From Eutreptiella sp. 'Long Island Sound 2002' (Eukaryota > Protista > Euglenida): a DNA stretch of 64,000 nucleotides. The DNA lies in assembly GCA_964036045.1 (NCBI GenBank), contig OZ038379.1:8990001-9054000 (forward strand). Direction: 5' to 3'. Below are positions 9,972 to 21,390 of the stretch, one piece after another. The notes under the pieces are model-generated. The model did not search any database. It was not told where the DNA came from and saw only the letters and a program-made list of their open reading frames with translations. Each line of letters begins with the position of its first letter. Within the stretch, counting starts at the first letter, position 1. A program made the translations under genes and the position numbers.

Positions 9972-9995
9972 CTGCAGGGAAACAGAATAAACAGA
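9972..9995 (-). promoter_or_regulatory. Putative (trans-)splice acceptor 7 nt upstream of the F-box/LRR ATG
   Basis: Minus strand TTTATTCTGTTTCCCTGCAG|GCTCAAA-ATG: pyrimidine tract plus CAG. Confidence 0.55.
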
Positions 9996-10901
9996 AGGTT
10001 TGGAAACTAGCTACACAACACCTAAGCATAGCTTGAGCAAAGATGCTATGACTTGCCTGTAAAACTGATGGCCCAAAACCCTTCGATTCAGGTCCGCTGT
10101 CAGCCGTGACTAGCTTTGCTATGACTGCTTTGCACCTGCTGGTGCACATGCACATCCTGGTATGCATGTGCAACAATGTTCAACAGGTCTCACAGCTGGC
10201 ACATAGAAAGCTCCATCCAGATCACTGCTGTATGTAAGGCTTTCTAGTTTGCAACGGCTATTTCCTCTGATTAGCCATGTGTTGTGAGCCACGACAGCTG
10301 GCCTGCATTCTACTATGTGTTACCTGTTGGGCAGTCCCAACAGACCCTGCTCATGGCTGGCCAGCACGCCGTGAGAGTCGGAAACTGCGTTGCGAAATAC
10401 GGTGCAGCGCATATGATACCGACAGCGGGCACAAAAAGCATCTTGTAAGCACACAAGACACCAAGAGTCTCTGTCCGCAAAAATGATGCAATGCCGATGA
10501 TGGATGGATTGAATGTGAGACCTAGAACTCACACCGAGTGTACAACGCTAAACACGATGCCACCCAGAGGGATGCCGTGAACGTGGGAAACCACGGGATG
10601 CAGCGGGTGGGCGGTGGTACTTGGTATGCAGGCATTGTATATCTCTCTGGGACATCCAGAAGGTGCCAACGCGGAGCAAATTCGCAATTTTTCAGGGTTT
10701 TCTCACGTTTTGGTCCAATGCACTAAAAATTTCGTTTCGAAGGGGGGGGTATGTGCATGCTTTTTGAAATCTGTGAGAAAAGGCCGTTTCAGAAATGTAT
10801 GGGTTGGGAGGGGGGGGGGGGGGTAGGTGGTCACAGTTTTGCACAAAGAGCTGTAAACGGAAGGACACACAGGGCACAGGCAATGCTCTGAGGATCACTC
10901 A

Positions 10902-13900
10902 TTATTCTGAATCCGATTGGTTGTCATCGTTGCGCCTTTCCACAAGGGCCGGGACTCCATTGGGGCACACATCCCCCTGCTTGTGACTAGGAACATACTT
11001 CTTCAATTTCTCCCAATCCTGCAGCCTGCGTGCCTTGACTGGTACCCACCCTGTGTTCAGGGGCATGGCCCAGAGGCCATCAGTTGTGAGGTCAACATTT
11101 CGCTGTTTGGTCAGCCGGACCTTGCGCCATGCAATGGCCTCACTGTACCCTGATTTCATCCAGGCAAAACCGGGATGGGTGTCAAGGTTTTCAGGGTCCG
11201 GTGTCTTGCCAAAATCCAACCATTTCATTTTGTCATCTCTGATCAAAACAGGCTTCTCCTGATGGTCCTGACTCACCTGCACCCACTTTACACCCCCAGA
11301 GCGTGCTCTTTTGCGTACCAAAGGCTTTTGTGGTGCATCGGGCGAAGCAACAGCACGTTGGCGTGAATTTGTATGCAGACATGGTACCTGCCTGTTGACA
11401 AAAAGACGCAGCAGGCAACACAGGCACCGTCCGAAACGGACAAAGATCTCAAACATGTCGTCAGTACAGTATGCAGACACAGGCTGTTCCAAATAGCCCT
11501 GTTCAAGGGCTTTCCGAATATACCCCACATACCCCTACCTACGGGACACCCAGTGAGCACAAATCGGGCAACAATGGCACCAACCCCTGAAAACGCTCCG
11601 TGTTGGCACCTTCCCCACGTCCCAGAGAGATATGGGATATACATACATAAGATAAACACCGGAAATGCAACATTCACCGTACACGTATCCCGGTATGGGC
11701 GTAATAGATCATACATCCTCATCCCCGTTTCAACCCGGGTGTTGACGTTTTCGGGCAGGATAGAAAGGACGAACACAAAAAGAAGAAGGAGGAAGAATGA
11801 ATTGCAATCACCAAGCCACATGCCACCGAGCCTGCTACTTCAATTGCTACTCCCAATACGGAAACCTATGTGTATGCTTAATGGGATTCTTGATGGCCCA
11901 ACGCCACCGGACGAACGTAACCACTCTGTTGCAAGGTGGGTAAGTGGTGCATGGCCCAGTGTATACCTACTTCTCGTCGGCTCTGGCGCTTCCTCCTCCT
12001 CATCCCTACTGCCTTCAAAGTAGAGGATGATCCAATCCCCATTTCTATCCCATTGCATGCCATTATCAACGCCGCTTGTCTTGTCCACATCGTATCCATT
12101 AAGGCGAGTTGGTATGAGCATTGCAACAACCGAAGCTGCCTCTGATGGTGATGGGGATGGGCTGCAAATTGGAAAGCAAATACGATCAAAAGGGGCATGA
12201 TGCTCAAGCTCATGCCTGCTATTCATTTAATCATAATGTATTCCCACAGGGCTCCTTTCAACCAACCCCAAAACAGGCCCCGGTTGGGGGGTTTGGGGAG
12301 GAGGGGGTTCTAATCTGTCGACGAACCGGGTCTTCGGATTTTTGGATACTGTCCCAGAGGTGAGGGTGTGGTACACCTTTCTGAAATTAGCATGAAGCCG
12401 CCCCTGCTTGCGCTCCATTTGGCGCACCATTTCGTGGAGCACGTCCGCACTCATGCACTGCCGCCCCCAGGCATCATTGAGGGAGCTGACAGGCGCAAAC
12501 ACGTAGCCCATCCAGCAATCTGGGCTCCGGACCATGTGGGACTGGGAAAGCAACATATCAGTGAGTAAAGCTCGACCTTACATTGCATTAGAAAGTCTGG
12601 CCAACATCTTCCCGGACAAGAGAGGAGGGCCCGCAGATGAGGACCTCCCACTGTTCAGCTCTACTGAGAGACAGAGGGTAATGCAACCCTCCATGACTCT
12701 CAACAATCCTCCACAACCCGAACCCTCCAGGCAATAATGCGATTTCAGGGGCTTGATCTCATTGAAGGTGCCTGCAGCCAACTAATTGTGATTGACGACA
12801 CCTTGGCACTGCACACGGCACCACAATGGCACGACTGTCCATCCCAACATTACTGCCTATCCGCATGCCTGCCCCTTGGTCTTGGAGCTGTGGGCTGGAT
12901 GCATTGGCAGGTGGGCACTGCTGTTCGGATTCCCTCCTGTGCAGGGGGACTGTGTGCATTGGCTGCAACGCCCTGCCGAATGGGATCATTGCAGTGACTA
13001 CCTCCGCCACCTCGTCCGTATCTTTCCAGTGTCCAACCGCAGTCCTTCTGTGTGCATGTTAATTATCGATGTTGCAACGGCTCCATCGGTGTTGCACAAT
13101 CAGCTTCTTCATCTGGTACACATGCCCGGCAACGGATCAACAGCGGAGGTGTGCAGCCATTACAATACACCTCTGTCCTAGTGTTGCTGAGGTGGGGCAG
13201 CAGATGGGGGAGGTGGGCATGGTAAGTGAAGTCTTGTGTCCTGCGCCTGCCTGAGGATCTGTGCAGCGGCTGTGCCTGAGGGAAGCAGCGACTGTAGTGG
13301 GGGCCAGGGCAGAGGCGACGGAGGAAGGACTGGCTGCGGGTGGGGCTACAGATGGAGAGCACTGATGCAGATAACAAGCGACGTGGGGCTCAAGTCTCGG
13401 GTACCACAAAGGGCAAGCGTCGGCACAGTGCTGCAGATCCTTGTTGAAGTAGACAATCATGCGTCCCCCACGCCCCACCAGCCTTTCAGTCCAAGACTGC
13501 ATGTTCGTTTTTTGGTTGTATCATCTTGTTCCTAGCGGTCAAAGAAAAATCTGAAACGGGAGGCATGGGAGGCAAAATACAGACGAATACAGAAATGCAG
13601 CCGGCAACCTCATTTATGAACAATAATGATGATATCAATGAAGAGCGGTGCAAATACAACAAAAGGCATGATGAATGAATTGCTAGGATATCAGAACAGT
13701 TGCAGTTGACACATTGTTGTCTGCCTGTGCCCTGGCAGAGTGGCTCCATGAGGTCATAGCCATGTGCCTCAGGAGGAAGTAGTGGGAAGGTGACTGAAAC
13801 CGGTAGTTTCATTTTGTCCAGTTGTTTGTCTCGGAAAACCTTCTTTTTTTTTTTGACGAAGCTACAGTAGTTCTGCAATAGTTCTGCTGCAGTACGAGAC

Positions 13901-15150
13901 AATCTCGGGATCTAAGTACACTCTCAGAATATACCATAGCTTCTTCCCCTGTCAAGGACAGGGGTCAAGGTTGACAAAGAAGGAGCAACTTATATTCCTA
14001 CCTTGAGTATACCTGCAGAGCAACCTGGAGTCGCCACGACTCTATTTGGCCCTCGTCTTCTCACCTATGACAAGTTTTCTTTGCTACGGGGATGTGCATG
14101 GGTGAGTCCGGTGATGCTCTGATTCGCCCTATTATCCTCCTAGTGGTACATGTCCGTTTGGCCTGTGGCGGTGAGCAGGCTGTGTTGTGTGGTGCTTCCT
14201 CGCGCCGTTGCAAGCCCTTTTGGATAAGTGCGTGCCATAGACCCAGGATATGATATGATAGGTCCACCTCATGCAGCCACTCCTAGTATGTCTTTTCCAT
14301 GTAACGCAGCCACTTACCCACCCTCCTAAACCAAATACCATCATAGTGCCGGTCTCTAAGAACACTTTGGCACCCATTGTTGTGCACGTTCTGTGCCTCC
14401 TGCATCATTCTAGTGGTTTGGTACTTAATCTTGGGTGCGGACAATCTCTCCATCACTTTTTGATGCCCGATAGTGTCCTGGGTGAACTCAAGGTATTTTA
14501 CCACGGCGACGCAGGAAGATGACAAGGAGTATCACAAGATTCTACAACGCCAAGATTCATACCATACCAAGGTGAAGGCGCTAGGTGCCCTGACTTTTGC
14601 ACGCTTTTGCTTCCGAGGTTTATACATGACTTGTTGTTGCAACACTTGTGGGGTGGGATTTGGCGTACACACCCTAGGCTTGACCTTACCATACCATGCG
14701 CTAACACATTGACTGAGCTGTGTTTCTTCATTGACTCCAGGGGGCATGGTGAATTCCTTTCTTACCTGGTAGACAATGTGAAGCATCATGTATTGGTGAG
14801 GTGCCACGTGCTCCCGGAAGTGAGGTTTGTCTGGGAAAACCTTCCTACGGCAACTGAGCCAGCAAAGTATGGGCCCATGCACGCACACGCCAGCACCCAG
14901 GGTGGACACAAGCGCAATCTAGAAAACACAATGAAGTCCAGACAGTGCACCATCAACAACAAACGGAAACGGAGACGAAGCGCCGATGAAAGGACATGGA
15001 AGTGCACGCGATTTTGCGACTTTGATGTGGCGTTCGAATGTGCCAATGACGATCGCAAAATCAGGGGGTACGATCTAAACGTAGTGCGCAGTGCGCATGC
15101 GGTGCACAGATTCCCCAAAGGTGAGGATGGGGTCCGACTAATATGATCAG
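10902..15150 (-). pseudogene. Decayed coding-like tract, unidentified (gene or mobile-element relic)
   Basis: Successive protein-like minus-strand segments separated by stops or frameshifts (10902-11528, 12227-12781, 13486-13902, 14061-14909). No family motif recognised. Confidence 0.3.
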
Positions 15151-15900
15151 CCCAAGTGTCAAGCATGGGGGACGCCCACGTGCAGCCCCCGACACCGACA
15201 CCCCCTAAACATTTTGGCCCCCTGAAGGGGGGGGGGGGGGGCTGCAAAGGGGCTGGGGTCCCGGGTACACCAACATACAAATCCCAAAATGATCCCCTCG
15301 TCGCACTGATCATTTCAAACACACATATGTGGGGATTATTGAAAAAATGAAACTTTTTTACCCCCAGAGGGGTCTGGTCCCAGCAGCTGGGTGGGGGAGG
15401 TGAGGGGTCATTTGCATACATATTTGGATACCCCATGAAATTCTGAGCATTTTGAGTATACAGCCCCCCCACCATATGCTGCACAAAAGAAAATTCCGGC
15501 GCCCTCAATGCCGAATTGGGACCAAACGTGGTCCGGACCTTCTAAACATTTTGGCCATTGTGAAGAGGGGGCCGGGGGGGGGGTGTCAAGCGCTGCAGCT
15601 GGGCGCCCCCCCGCGGTGTCAAGTATCCAATTCGCATGCAATTCACAGCTGCACACAACAGACATCCTCACAGACAATCCACAACATCCCTGAATCAGCA
15701 ACAGATGCTGTGCCCACTATCTATCGTAAACAACCCACGGATGTGTGGCACCATCTACTCGAAGCATGTCGCCTGAGCACCACGGCACTGCCCATTAGGG
15801 CACTTTGGTCCCCCCATCGCTTTTCCCAACGACCTATCACTGACATCAGCACCATTCCACCCGCACACTCCCCTGTCCCTGGCAGCCCCAACGGTCAATG

Positions 15901-16350
15901 TCATGGTGTATCCCCGAGGCCCAGCCCCCGCAGGTACCTCCGCCGTTTTGCCTTTGCCATTCCGTACCACTTCCAGAACGGCACAGACACAACGTCGTAC
16001 CCAAAGCACTGCAGCTGCCGTCGCTTCAACAACGTCGCCCCCGAAGCCGCAAAGCCCCCGGGGCCCTGCACAAAATGTGATGGGCCGTCCACCTCCACAA
16101 CAACGCGCCGCTTCTGCAGCAGAATGTCCGCACTGTACCCCCCAGCGTCAGACAAAACGACCTCTTCAACAAACTTCACGTTCAGTTGCCGGAGCACCGC
16201 GGCCACAGACCTCTGCAGCCGCGAAGGAGCCGCACGTTGTGAGGCCTCTGTAAAATGCGTGGAACACTGCTCAACGAAGGGGCCCATGCCCAGAAGCGCT
16301 TTGTTGCTGAGCGGAAGCTCCTGCTTGTGCAATGCCACGTGCAGAAGGAC
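15901..16350 (-). CDS. Same gene, exon 2: RAP domain (149 aa; spliced protein 912 aa)
   Basis: Acceptor TTTCTCTTCAG|GTC gives a phase-0 join LCQLHQ|VLLHV across a 545-nt GT-AG intron. RAP motifs YSADI...VVVEVDGPSHF...ATLLKRRQL..FGYDVVSVPFWKW are present. Confidence 0.88.
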   Translation of the reverse strand, partial: VLLHVALHKQELPLSNKALLGMGPFVEQCSTHFTEASQRAAPSRLQRSVAAVLRQLNVKFVEEVVLSDAGGYSADILLQKRRVVVEVDGPSHFVQGPGGFAASGATLLKRRQLQCFGYDVVSVPFWKWYGMAKAKRRRYLRGLGLGDTP

Positions 16351-16895
16351 CTGAAGAGAAACGTGAGCGAATGAGGGCCAAAATTTCAGTGGAGATGAGT
16401 AGTTTGGAGAGGCTGTGTGTGGCATTACCTTCCTGCGAATTGTGTCGATCTAACGGCAAAGCAATGATCAAAAAGATCGGAATTTCACACGCTACTTTCT
16501 GACATCAGACGTTCTGTTCACAAACTTGACTACCCCTGTTCCCCACCTGAACCCGCTTCCCAAACCAACGACTTTAGATGACACTCTGCCAAAGCCACTT
16601 CACTGCGCGTAGTTCCACGTCATGAAGGGCACGTCGAGCCTCAAAGGCTGCCCAAACTCCAACTTCTCTACGGCTCCCAAAGATGACGACACTCTGCTTT
16701 GTTTTGGGTTTCTTGTGGCAAAGCACTTGGCCACAAATAGTAAGCAGCTGGGTGCTTTGACCATTGACCATTGGTCACGTTTGCAGCAACCGCTGCAAAA
16801 TATCAAGGTTACCGACACCGCGGCAGCCCGCCCCCCGCCCCGAGTGAGCTATCAAAGCATTCAACAGGAACGCACCCAAACTCATCACAAGATAC

Positions 16896-19184
16896 CTGAT
16901 GCAATTGACACAGTGCAGGCGAACACATGGGTATCTCAGTATCCGCAAACGCACGGTCCAGAAGGCGGGTGATGACGCTGTCGTGCAAACTGTCAAATAC
17001 AGCAAAACTCCACAACGGGTTGCCAATTTCCTGTGCCTTGAACGTGGCCAACACGTCGTCGTGCAATAGCCGGCGTGCAACTGCAGCCATCAGGTCCGCA
17101 TCATGTACATCCAATGTGGCGAAGGCCCACACAGTGTTGGCAATGTTCTGTGCGTTGAACGTGGCCAACACGTCGTCGTGCAATAGCCGGCGTGCAACTA
17201 CAGCCATCAGGTCCGCATTATGTACACCCAATGTGCCGAAGGCCCACACAGTGTTGGCAATGCCCTGTGCGTTGAACGTGGCCAACACGTCGTCGTGCAG
17301 TAGCCGGCGTGCGACTGCAGCCATCAGGTCCGCATCATGTACACACAACGCGGCGAAGGCCCACACGGTGTTGGCAATGTCCTGTGCGCTGAACGTGGCC
17401 AACACGTCGTCGTGCAATAGCCGGCGTGCGACTGCAGCCATCAGGTCCGCATTATGTATACCCAATGTGGCGAAGGCCCACACAGTGTTGGCAATCTCTT
17501 GTGCCTTGAACCTGGCCAACACGTCATCGTGTGATAACCGTTGTGCGACTGCAGCCATCAGGTCCCCATTATGTACACCCAATGTGGCGAAGGCCCACAC
17601 AGTGTTGCCAATGTCCTGTGCCTTAAACGTGGCCAACACGTTGTCGTGCAATAGCCGGCGTGCAACTGCAGCCATCAGGTCCGCATTATGTACACCCAAT
17701 GTGGCGAAGGCCCACACAGTGTTGCCAATGTCCTGTGCCTTGAACCTGGCCAACCCGTCGTCGTGCAGTAGCCGGCGTGCGACTGCAGCCATCAGGTCCG
17801 CATTATGTACACCCAATTTCGCGAAGGCCCACACAGTGTTGGCAATCTCCTGTGCCTTGAACGTGGCCAACAGGTTGTCGTGTGATAGCCGGCGTGCAAC
17901 TGCAGCCATCAGGTCCGCATTATGTACACCCAATGTGGCGAAGGCCCACACAGTGTTGGCAATCTCCTGTGCCTTGAACGTGGCCAACAGGTTGTCGTGT
18001 GATAGCCGGCGTGCAACTGCAGCCATCAGGTCCGCATTATGTACACCCAATGTGGCGAAGGCCCACACAGTGTTGGCAATGTTCTGTGCGTTGAACGTGG
18101 CCAACACGTCGTCGTGCAATAGCCGGCGTGCAACTGCAGCCATCAGGTCCGCATTATGTACACCCAATGTGGCGAAGGCCCACACAGTGTTGGCAATGTT
18201 CTGTTCACTGAACGTGGCCAACACGTCGTCGTGCAGTAGCCGGCGTCCGACTGCAGCCATCAGGTTCCCATTATGTACACCCAATTTCGCGAATGCCCAC
18301 ACAATGTTGGCCACACTTTGGGCCGAGAGCTGTTCAATCATACGGTCATCTGTCACACGTGTTGCAAGCGCCTCCATCAGCTCCGGGTGGGGCATGTCTA
18401 CCTTGGCCAAGGCCCAGCAGGTCATGGAGATGGCTTGGCCGTTGAGGTTCTGCATAATGTCCCGCCGAAGCAGCCGTTGTGCGATCCCATGCACCAGCAC
18501 CTCATCGCGCACTCGCATCTTACTGAATGCGTGCAGTAGTAGCGCTGCCTGACGCCCTTCGAGAGCCCCCAGCACTTCCGGATCAGAGACACGACGCCTC
18601 AACGCAGGCACCGTATCATTTGTGGGTTCCATAATGAGCCTCCGGAAGTCACTCCTACCCGCGCAAACATCTGCCACTTCCCGAACTATTGCCAGCAGTT
18701 CAGAGGGCGTGTATCCCGCGGCCCCCCTTTCCACCTCCGCACACATCGCCATAAACTCCTCATGCCCCACGGCATCACCGGACTGCACCTTCCGCTGCGG
18801 CCGTCCTGGCGATCGTTCTGCTGTTGTTGGTGTGTGGCCGCGGCCCCGATCCCGCCCCCGTCCTCCATGTTTCTTTCGGCTGCTGAACATGCGGCGTACC
18901 ACAATTCTGCTCTTGGGCCCCCGGACACGAAACATGGCACGTGACACGGAAGCGATGCCGGTGGTTCCTGCGGTGCGCACTACACCGGCACATGTGTACC
19001 AGCGTCCAGGCACGCCTCCCCTCTGCCAATCGTTGACCAGTCGACGCTCCGTGAAGGACGCAGTCCCCTTGGCAGCATGACTGAGGGCTGTGATGCCCCT
19101 TGTGCTGAGAGCGGCCCATGGGGACGTCGGCCACGCCTTCGAAAAGGGCTGCGCCCTCTGTAACCAACGCAGCATCGCATGCAT
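16896..19184 (-). CDS. Helical-repeat (OPR/HPR/FAST-like, 39-aa units) RAP-domain protein, exon 1 (763 codons); probable organellar RNA-binding protein
   Basis: R/S/A-rich transit-peptide-like N-terminus. Repeat consensus FxAQxIANTVWAFATLGVHNADLMAAVARRLLHDDVLAT with 117-bp period. Donor CAG|GTATCT at 16896/16895. Confidence 0.88.
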
Positions 19185-19187
19185 GGG

Positions 19188-19206
19188 CTATTGAGACAGG
19201 AGGCAA
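19188..19206 (-). promoter_or_regulatory. Putative trans-splice acceptor 3 nt upstream of the RAP-protein ATG
   Basis: Minus strand TGCCTCCTGTCTCAATAG|CCC-ATG. Confidence 0.45.
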
Positions 19207-19300
19207 TCCACCACCACCACCACCACCACCACCACCAGTCGCAGCAGCCAGCAGCACCGCACCAGCAGTAGCACAGCAGTAGCATAGCAGCAGCAGTAGC
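19207..19300. repeat. (CCA)n/(CAG)n trinucleotide low-complexity tract
   Basis: CCACCACCACC... followed by degenerate CAGCAG repeats. Confidence 0.8.
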
Positions 19301-21390
19301 AGGGTTCACCTCAGGCCGGTCACGAGATGCCATCAAACTTAGGCAAAAACACACACTCAAATTGACTGAAGTGTAAAGCATTTCACACCATAACACCCCC
19401 GAAACGAGAATCAAACAACTGGATGACTTGTAGCAAAGGAACCCACAGTCCCGTTCTGCGATGTTTAGGGGCTTGGAGAAGGTTCGCACCCACACCAATC
19501 CCAACATCACTTGGTGGTGTTAAAGTCCCCTTAAGGTGCCTCGTGCTTTGCTTGTGTCAGCGCGTTGATCCGGTTGGTAACGTAACAAGTTGCATCTTGA
19601 CATACCAAACAAACCAAACATGTTCACCATAGCTCGATTTTGAGATGATTCTACAGTCGAATGACCCCCCCCACACACACACAAAAATGCAAAACACACT
19701 CTCCACTATGAACTTTTCACTCCTGCCAGGTTGACCCCAATTGCCCCAATAGTTGTACCACGCACATGCCACGTGCTTCCCCATCAGTCTGGTACCTTTC
19801 AACAGGTTTTCTGTTGAAGATTTCATCGGACACAACCCTTTAAAATGGACTTACCACGCTTGATTTCCTTAACTTCAAACCATTGAATGGACCGGAGAGC
19901 GTGTTTGACCAATCCCTCCGAAAGGGCTGATGGGCAATAAATTTGGAGGCCCCGTTTTTGTTTCATCTGACGCAGGGTTGGGCTACAATGAGGAATTTGA
20001 CCACATTGATCCAGGAGCTGCTCAATGCACACAACAGCTCAACTGAAGCCTAGTTCCAGAGGCCACCTACATTCAAATGGGCCTTCTGAATTTTTTCGGA
20101 TGCGTGTCTTTGCGTGGTACAACAATGTGAACAATACCGGTCATCAATTGACTCCGGCAACATAATCCTTCGCGCCCATTCAAGAATACCTTTCATGCAG
20201 TGCATAGAACAGGCGCGGCACTGCCTGGTGACTTGTGTGGCTCTTGGCTGGAACTGTGAGAACCAGATCAGGCCTCTTTGGACCTGTTGAAAGCCTTGCA
20301 CCTGAGTGAAACGCATTCTAGGGTCTGAATCCCTCTCTATCAATAAGCACCCATTCCCCATAGTAAGCACTACCACTGAGGTGCCCCTAGTGCCCTCCTT
20401 CCCCCCTTCATGTAGAGGCGCAAATGCAAAGTGTGCCTTCCCTCATTCTGGCTCTTTTGGGTGACCTGATCCAACCCACCCCCTTTCCCAAGATTTACCC
20501 CAAAGTTGCCTCAAGTGCCAGCCGTGGGGCAAAAGACATTGTTGTTCTGGATTCATGCAGGAATTTGTAGTTGTGAGAGGGGCCATCCCCATCCCTGCCT
20601 GTTGGGTCTGCATCCAAATGGCAGACACTTTTAATCTTGTCTGCACCATGGCGTGACCTCAAAAATTGAGTTCCTCAACTCAACTGTCTAATTTTTACCA
20701 CAATGACTCGAATGGCCCGTGGAATGCATGACGAAGGTCCGTACACATGGTATGTGATGCAAAAGCTGTACAGATGCACAGTGGCCCATGATCAAAAGAA
20801 TGTTGGCCAAACACATGGCAAAAAATCACCCCATCACAATGATGGGTACCAAGGGTGCACTCTCTAGCACTTGCAGCACAATGGGAAAAGGGAGTCTTGA
20901 GAAGACTGTTTACAGGTCCCATCTACCCAATGATGTGCCGCAACCCAGTGAAAAACACCGAGGACTGAGTTTGCCTCCGCTCCCCCGCACAACCCTTGAG
21001 CACTAGTGAATGGGTTCCTTGACATACCACAGTTCCACCAGCCACAACACATACACTATTGCATATGCAGGCCTATGAAGTTCCCCGCCAATCTGCCACT
21101 AAGGTTCCCCGCACCGTTCCCCAAGAAAAATGGGAAACCAGGAAAATTGGGGGGACAGTGGGGGAAATCGGGGGAAATGGGGAGAAACGGGGGGAAATGG
21201 TGGAAATTGGGAGTAATGGGGGGGGACACAAGGGAAATTGGGGGGCAATGGGGGAACAATGGAGGAACAATAGGGGAAGATTCCTTTGCCCGTTTGTTCC
21301 CCATTTTCCTCCGTTTCCAATACCCCCAATGTGGAAGAAGCGTCAAAACCTGCGCTAGGGGCAACAATGACGCCCCTAGTATCACAAGCC

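Noticed and set aside
11852-11872. HIGFRIG resembling the tyrosine-recombinase HSFRIG motif
   Set aside because: Spacing is H-x3-R, not H-x2-R, and no catalytic Arg or Tyr could be placed.
16494-16502. Second SL-like match (ACTTTCTGA)
   Set aside because: Only 9 nt match and the following bases diverge; expected by chance.
16809-16895. C-terminal 28 aa of the 791-aa ORF (VSCDEFG...)
   Set aside because: Read-through into the intron; the GT-AG splice to the RAP exon gives a coherent domain.
16927-18552. 541-aa plus-strand ORF
   Set aside because: Antisense shadow of the 117-bp helical repeats.
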